Assembly: GCA_023213395.1 (NCBI GenBank)
Contig: CM041465.1
Location: forward strand, 90,899,741 to 90,963,740
Reading direction: 5' to 3'
Source: Cycas panzhihuaensis
Lineage: Eukaryota > Plantae > Cycadophyta
Length of the DNA: 64,000 nucleotides
Positions within the stretch are counted from its first letter, which is position 1. Each line of letters opens with the position of its first letter. Positions 61,286-64,000 of the stretch are shown one piece after another. Below the pieces are notes generated by a model that was not told where the DNA came from, made no database searches, and was given only the letters and a program-made list of their open reading frames with translations. The translations under genes and the position numbers were made by a program.

Positions 61286-64000
61286 ATGGCCCCTAAGATG
61301 AACCCAAGTTGGACTCAAGATCTCAATGATGCTGTTTCACAACTTCGAGAAGATATATTACAAATCCAAAATGACTTCAATGAAAAATTTGAAGCAGTAA
61401 TGCTAGAGCTCACATCCATGAAACCTCTTCAGGAAGAAAAGAGTGACCTTGATGATACTACTCACATAGGTGGGGGTCACTTTGCTAAAGAAGATGAAGG
61501 TAATGATGGTAGGTGCTTTCGTCCAAACTTCCTTCCCAAGGTAGAAATCAAGAAGTTCAATGGCATAGATGTACGTACCTGGATCACCCAAATGGAACAA
61601 TACTTTTCTCTTCATCAAGTTCCAGCAGATAAGAAGATTTCTCTACACATGGAAACTGAACCCTACCAATGGTACCAATGGGTTATTAAAACAATTGGTG
61701 GTCTTAGTTATCAATGGGAGGGTTTTGTCAAGGATCTTATAGCTCAATATGACAGTACCTGGGATCAGGACCACTTTAACCAGTTAGCTAAAGTTAGACA
61801 GGAGGGTACTATTTCAGCTTATACAGCAGAATACCAACGTCTCTCCACAAGGGTTGATGGTCTTTGTCAGGATAAATTACTTGAGTTATACATTGGTGGG
61901 TTATGAGATGACATCAGACATGAGTTGCGACTCTTAAAACCTGATAACATCTCTACAACTATTAATTTTTCTCGACATATTGAAGCAAAAAATAAGGCAT
62001 CCCGACCCCCCCAACGAACATTTCCAGAAAAGCGACCACAATTTCAGGTTCCTGGTGTACGACGAATGACTTCTCAAGAGATGGATGAGAAACAATTGAA
62101 AGGGTTATGTTTTCGTTGTAACCAAAAGTGGAATAAAGACCATAAGTGTCCTGAACGACGCTTATTCATAATTGAGGATGTTCAAGATGAGGAACCAGTA
62201 GAAGAAGCCTCATTAGAGCCAGAAAATAATGATAGTGACCCACCTGAAGAGGAAGAAGAAGATACTGCTACTATATCTATGCATGCCCTAGCTGGAATTG
62301 TAGCCCCTCAGACACTCAAACTTATTGGGTACATTAAGAAAAGGAAGGTTGTCCTCATAGATTCTGGGAGCACCCACAATTTCATTAATCGGAAACTTGC
62401 TGAAGAACTCAATTGTTTTCCATATCCTGTCAAAAATTTTCAGGTTATGGTGGCTAATGGAGGGACACTCGCTTGTGAGGGAAAATGTCACAATATCAAG
62501 TTGCAAAGGGGTGACTATCACCTCTCCACTTCTATGTATGCCATTCCCGTTGGAGGAGTTGATGTTGTATTAGGGGTACAATGGCTCAAACCACTAGGGA
62601 CCATTCAACTAAATATGCAAGAGCTCTTTATCCGATTTACTTATGAAGGAATTGACTATCAATTGAATGGGATCATTCCTCCACCGACCCAAATCATCAG
62701 CTCACACCGTATGGAGAGGCTTATTAAAAAGGGTGGTACAGGAATCATTGCCAAATGTTATGCTCCTGAAGGTCAAGAACTTCCAATAGAAAGGGACATT
62801 CTCCAAGATGATGGTATACCAAATGACTTAAAATTGGTACTTCACCGCCATAACCAGGTCTTCAGATATTCCTCAAGGTCTTCCCCCAGTACGTGACCAA
62901 GATCATAGCATTGACACGGTAGCCGGAAGTAATCCTCCTTGTATTCGACCATACCAGATCCCTACCAAAGAAAAGAATGAAATTGAATGACTAGTTCAAG
63001 AACTCCTTAGTCTTTGGTATTATTAGGAAAGTAAAAGCACTTTTTCGCCCAGTTGATTTTAGTAAGAAAAAAGAATGGCTCATTTTGCATGTGTGTAGAC
63101 TACCGTGAGCTCAATAAGATAACCATCAAGGATAAATTTCCTATACCAGTCATTGATGAACTCTTGGATGAACTCCATGGAGCAATGTTTTTCACATCAT
63201 TGGACTTGCGGTCGTGATACCATCAAATCGTGATCAAAGCAGAGGATGTTCATGAAACTGCATTTCGTACACATGAAGGTCACTATGAATTTTTAGTCAT
63301 GCCATTTGGCTTGACTAATGCCCCATCCACCTTTCAAGGACTCATGAATAAACTCTTTGGCCTTACTTAAGGAAGTTCATGTTAGTCTTTTTGATGACAT
63401 TTTGATCTTCAATCGCACGTGGAAGACCATCTTGACAGATGTTGATAAGGCATTACGGTGCTTGCAGATAACCACTTTATGCAAAAATCAAAATGTCAAT
63501 TTGGGCAAATAGAAATAGAATATTTGGGCCATATTATCTCTCAAGAAGGAGTCAAGGTGAATCCTAAGAAAATAGCAATTATCACAAACCGCCTAAACCT
63601 AAAACATCAAGGGCCTTCGTGGATTCTTAGGAATCACAGGATATTATCGAAAGTTTGTTCAAGGCTATGCAAGGATTGCTTCCCCTTTAATCAATTTGTT
63701 AAAGAAGGATTCCTTTCATTGGAATGATAAGGCCTCTGAAGCATTCGAACACCTAAAGCTGGCTTTAACTACCACACCAGTCCTTGCAACACCAGACTTT
63801 ACAAAGACCTTCACCATTGAATGTGATGCATTGGGGCAAGGCATTGGAGCAGTCTTAATGCAAGAAGGAAAACCTTTGACCTTTGAAAGTCGTCGACTCA
63901 CACTCAAGGAACAAGTCAAATCCACCTATGAGAAGGAGATGTTAGCAATTCTTCATGCAGTTAGGAAATGGCGACAATATTTATTGGGAACACATTTCCA
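61286..64000 (+). pseudogene. gag-pol of element L
   Basis: PKVEIKKFNG..W..QMEQYF (gag), CFRCNQKW..DHKC, LIDSGSTHNF (PR), [18 protein letters not shown] (RT), IECDA (RH). Stop at 61904-61906 and frameshifts. Confidence 0.93.

Larger units (their letters stand above)
60002..64000 (+). mobile_element. Ty3/gypsy chromovirus-type element L (5' LTR 60002-60383; runs off window), related to I
   Basis: LTR tgttagg...cctaaca, PBS tggtatcagagc (60386-60397), then gag-PR-RT-RH. Confidence 0.93.

Noticed and set aside
61904-61906. Programmed stop read-through in gag of L
   Set aside because: TGA in 'GL*DDIR' lies inside the gag domain and is most simply a point mutation; the element has other disabling lesions.

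Overview
AT-rich plant nuclear DNA, probably from a gymnosperm. That is an inference from the Tat architecture with an extra RNase H after integrase, chromovirus polyproteins resembling conifer IFG7-type elements, and a lone exon among huge repeat blocks. The window is almost entirely decayed, nested LTR retrotransposons. (1) 1-14585: a Tat-lineage Ty3/gypsy element with gag-PR-RT-RH-INT, an additional RNase H downstream of INT and an antisense plant-mobile-domain gene. It is interrupted by a complete 2.5-kb non-autonomous LTR element (2892-5415) carrying a decayed F-box-like ORF and a five-copy hairpin-motif array. (2) 18672-34933: copia A with full-length copia B nested in its RT, joined by an inversion/deletion to a second copia, C. 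(3) About 34934-46283: chromovirus D, containing a solo LTR and full-length copia E. (4) 46624-47007: one candidate Gln-rich host exon. (5) About 49470-64000: a hAT transposase remnant followed by a stack of successively interrupted elements (copia G, gypsy H, gypsy I, solo LTR J, copia K, gypsy L). No transposon ORF is intact. Element letters are my own labels. All domain calls come from reading motifs by eye, not from database searches.
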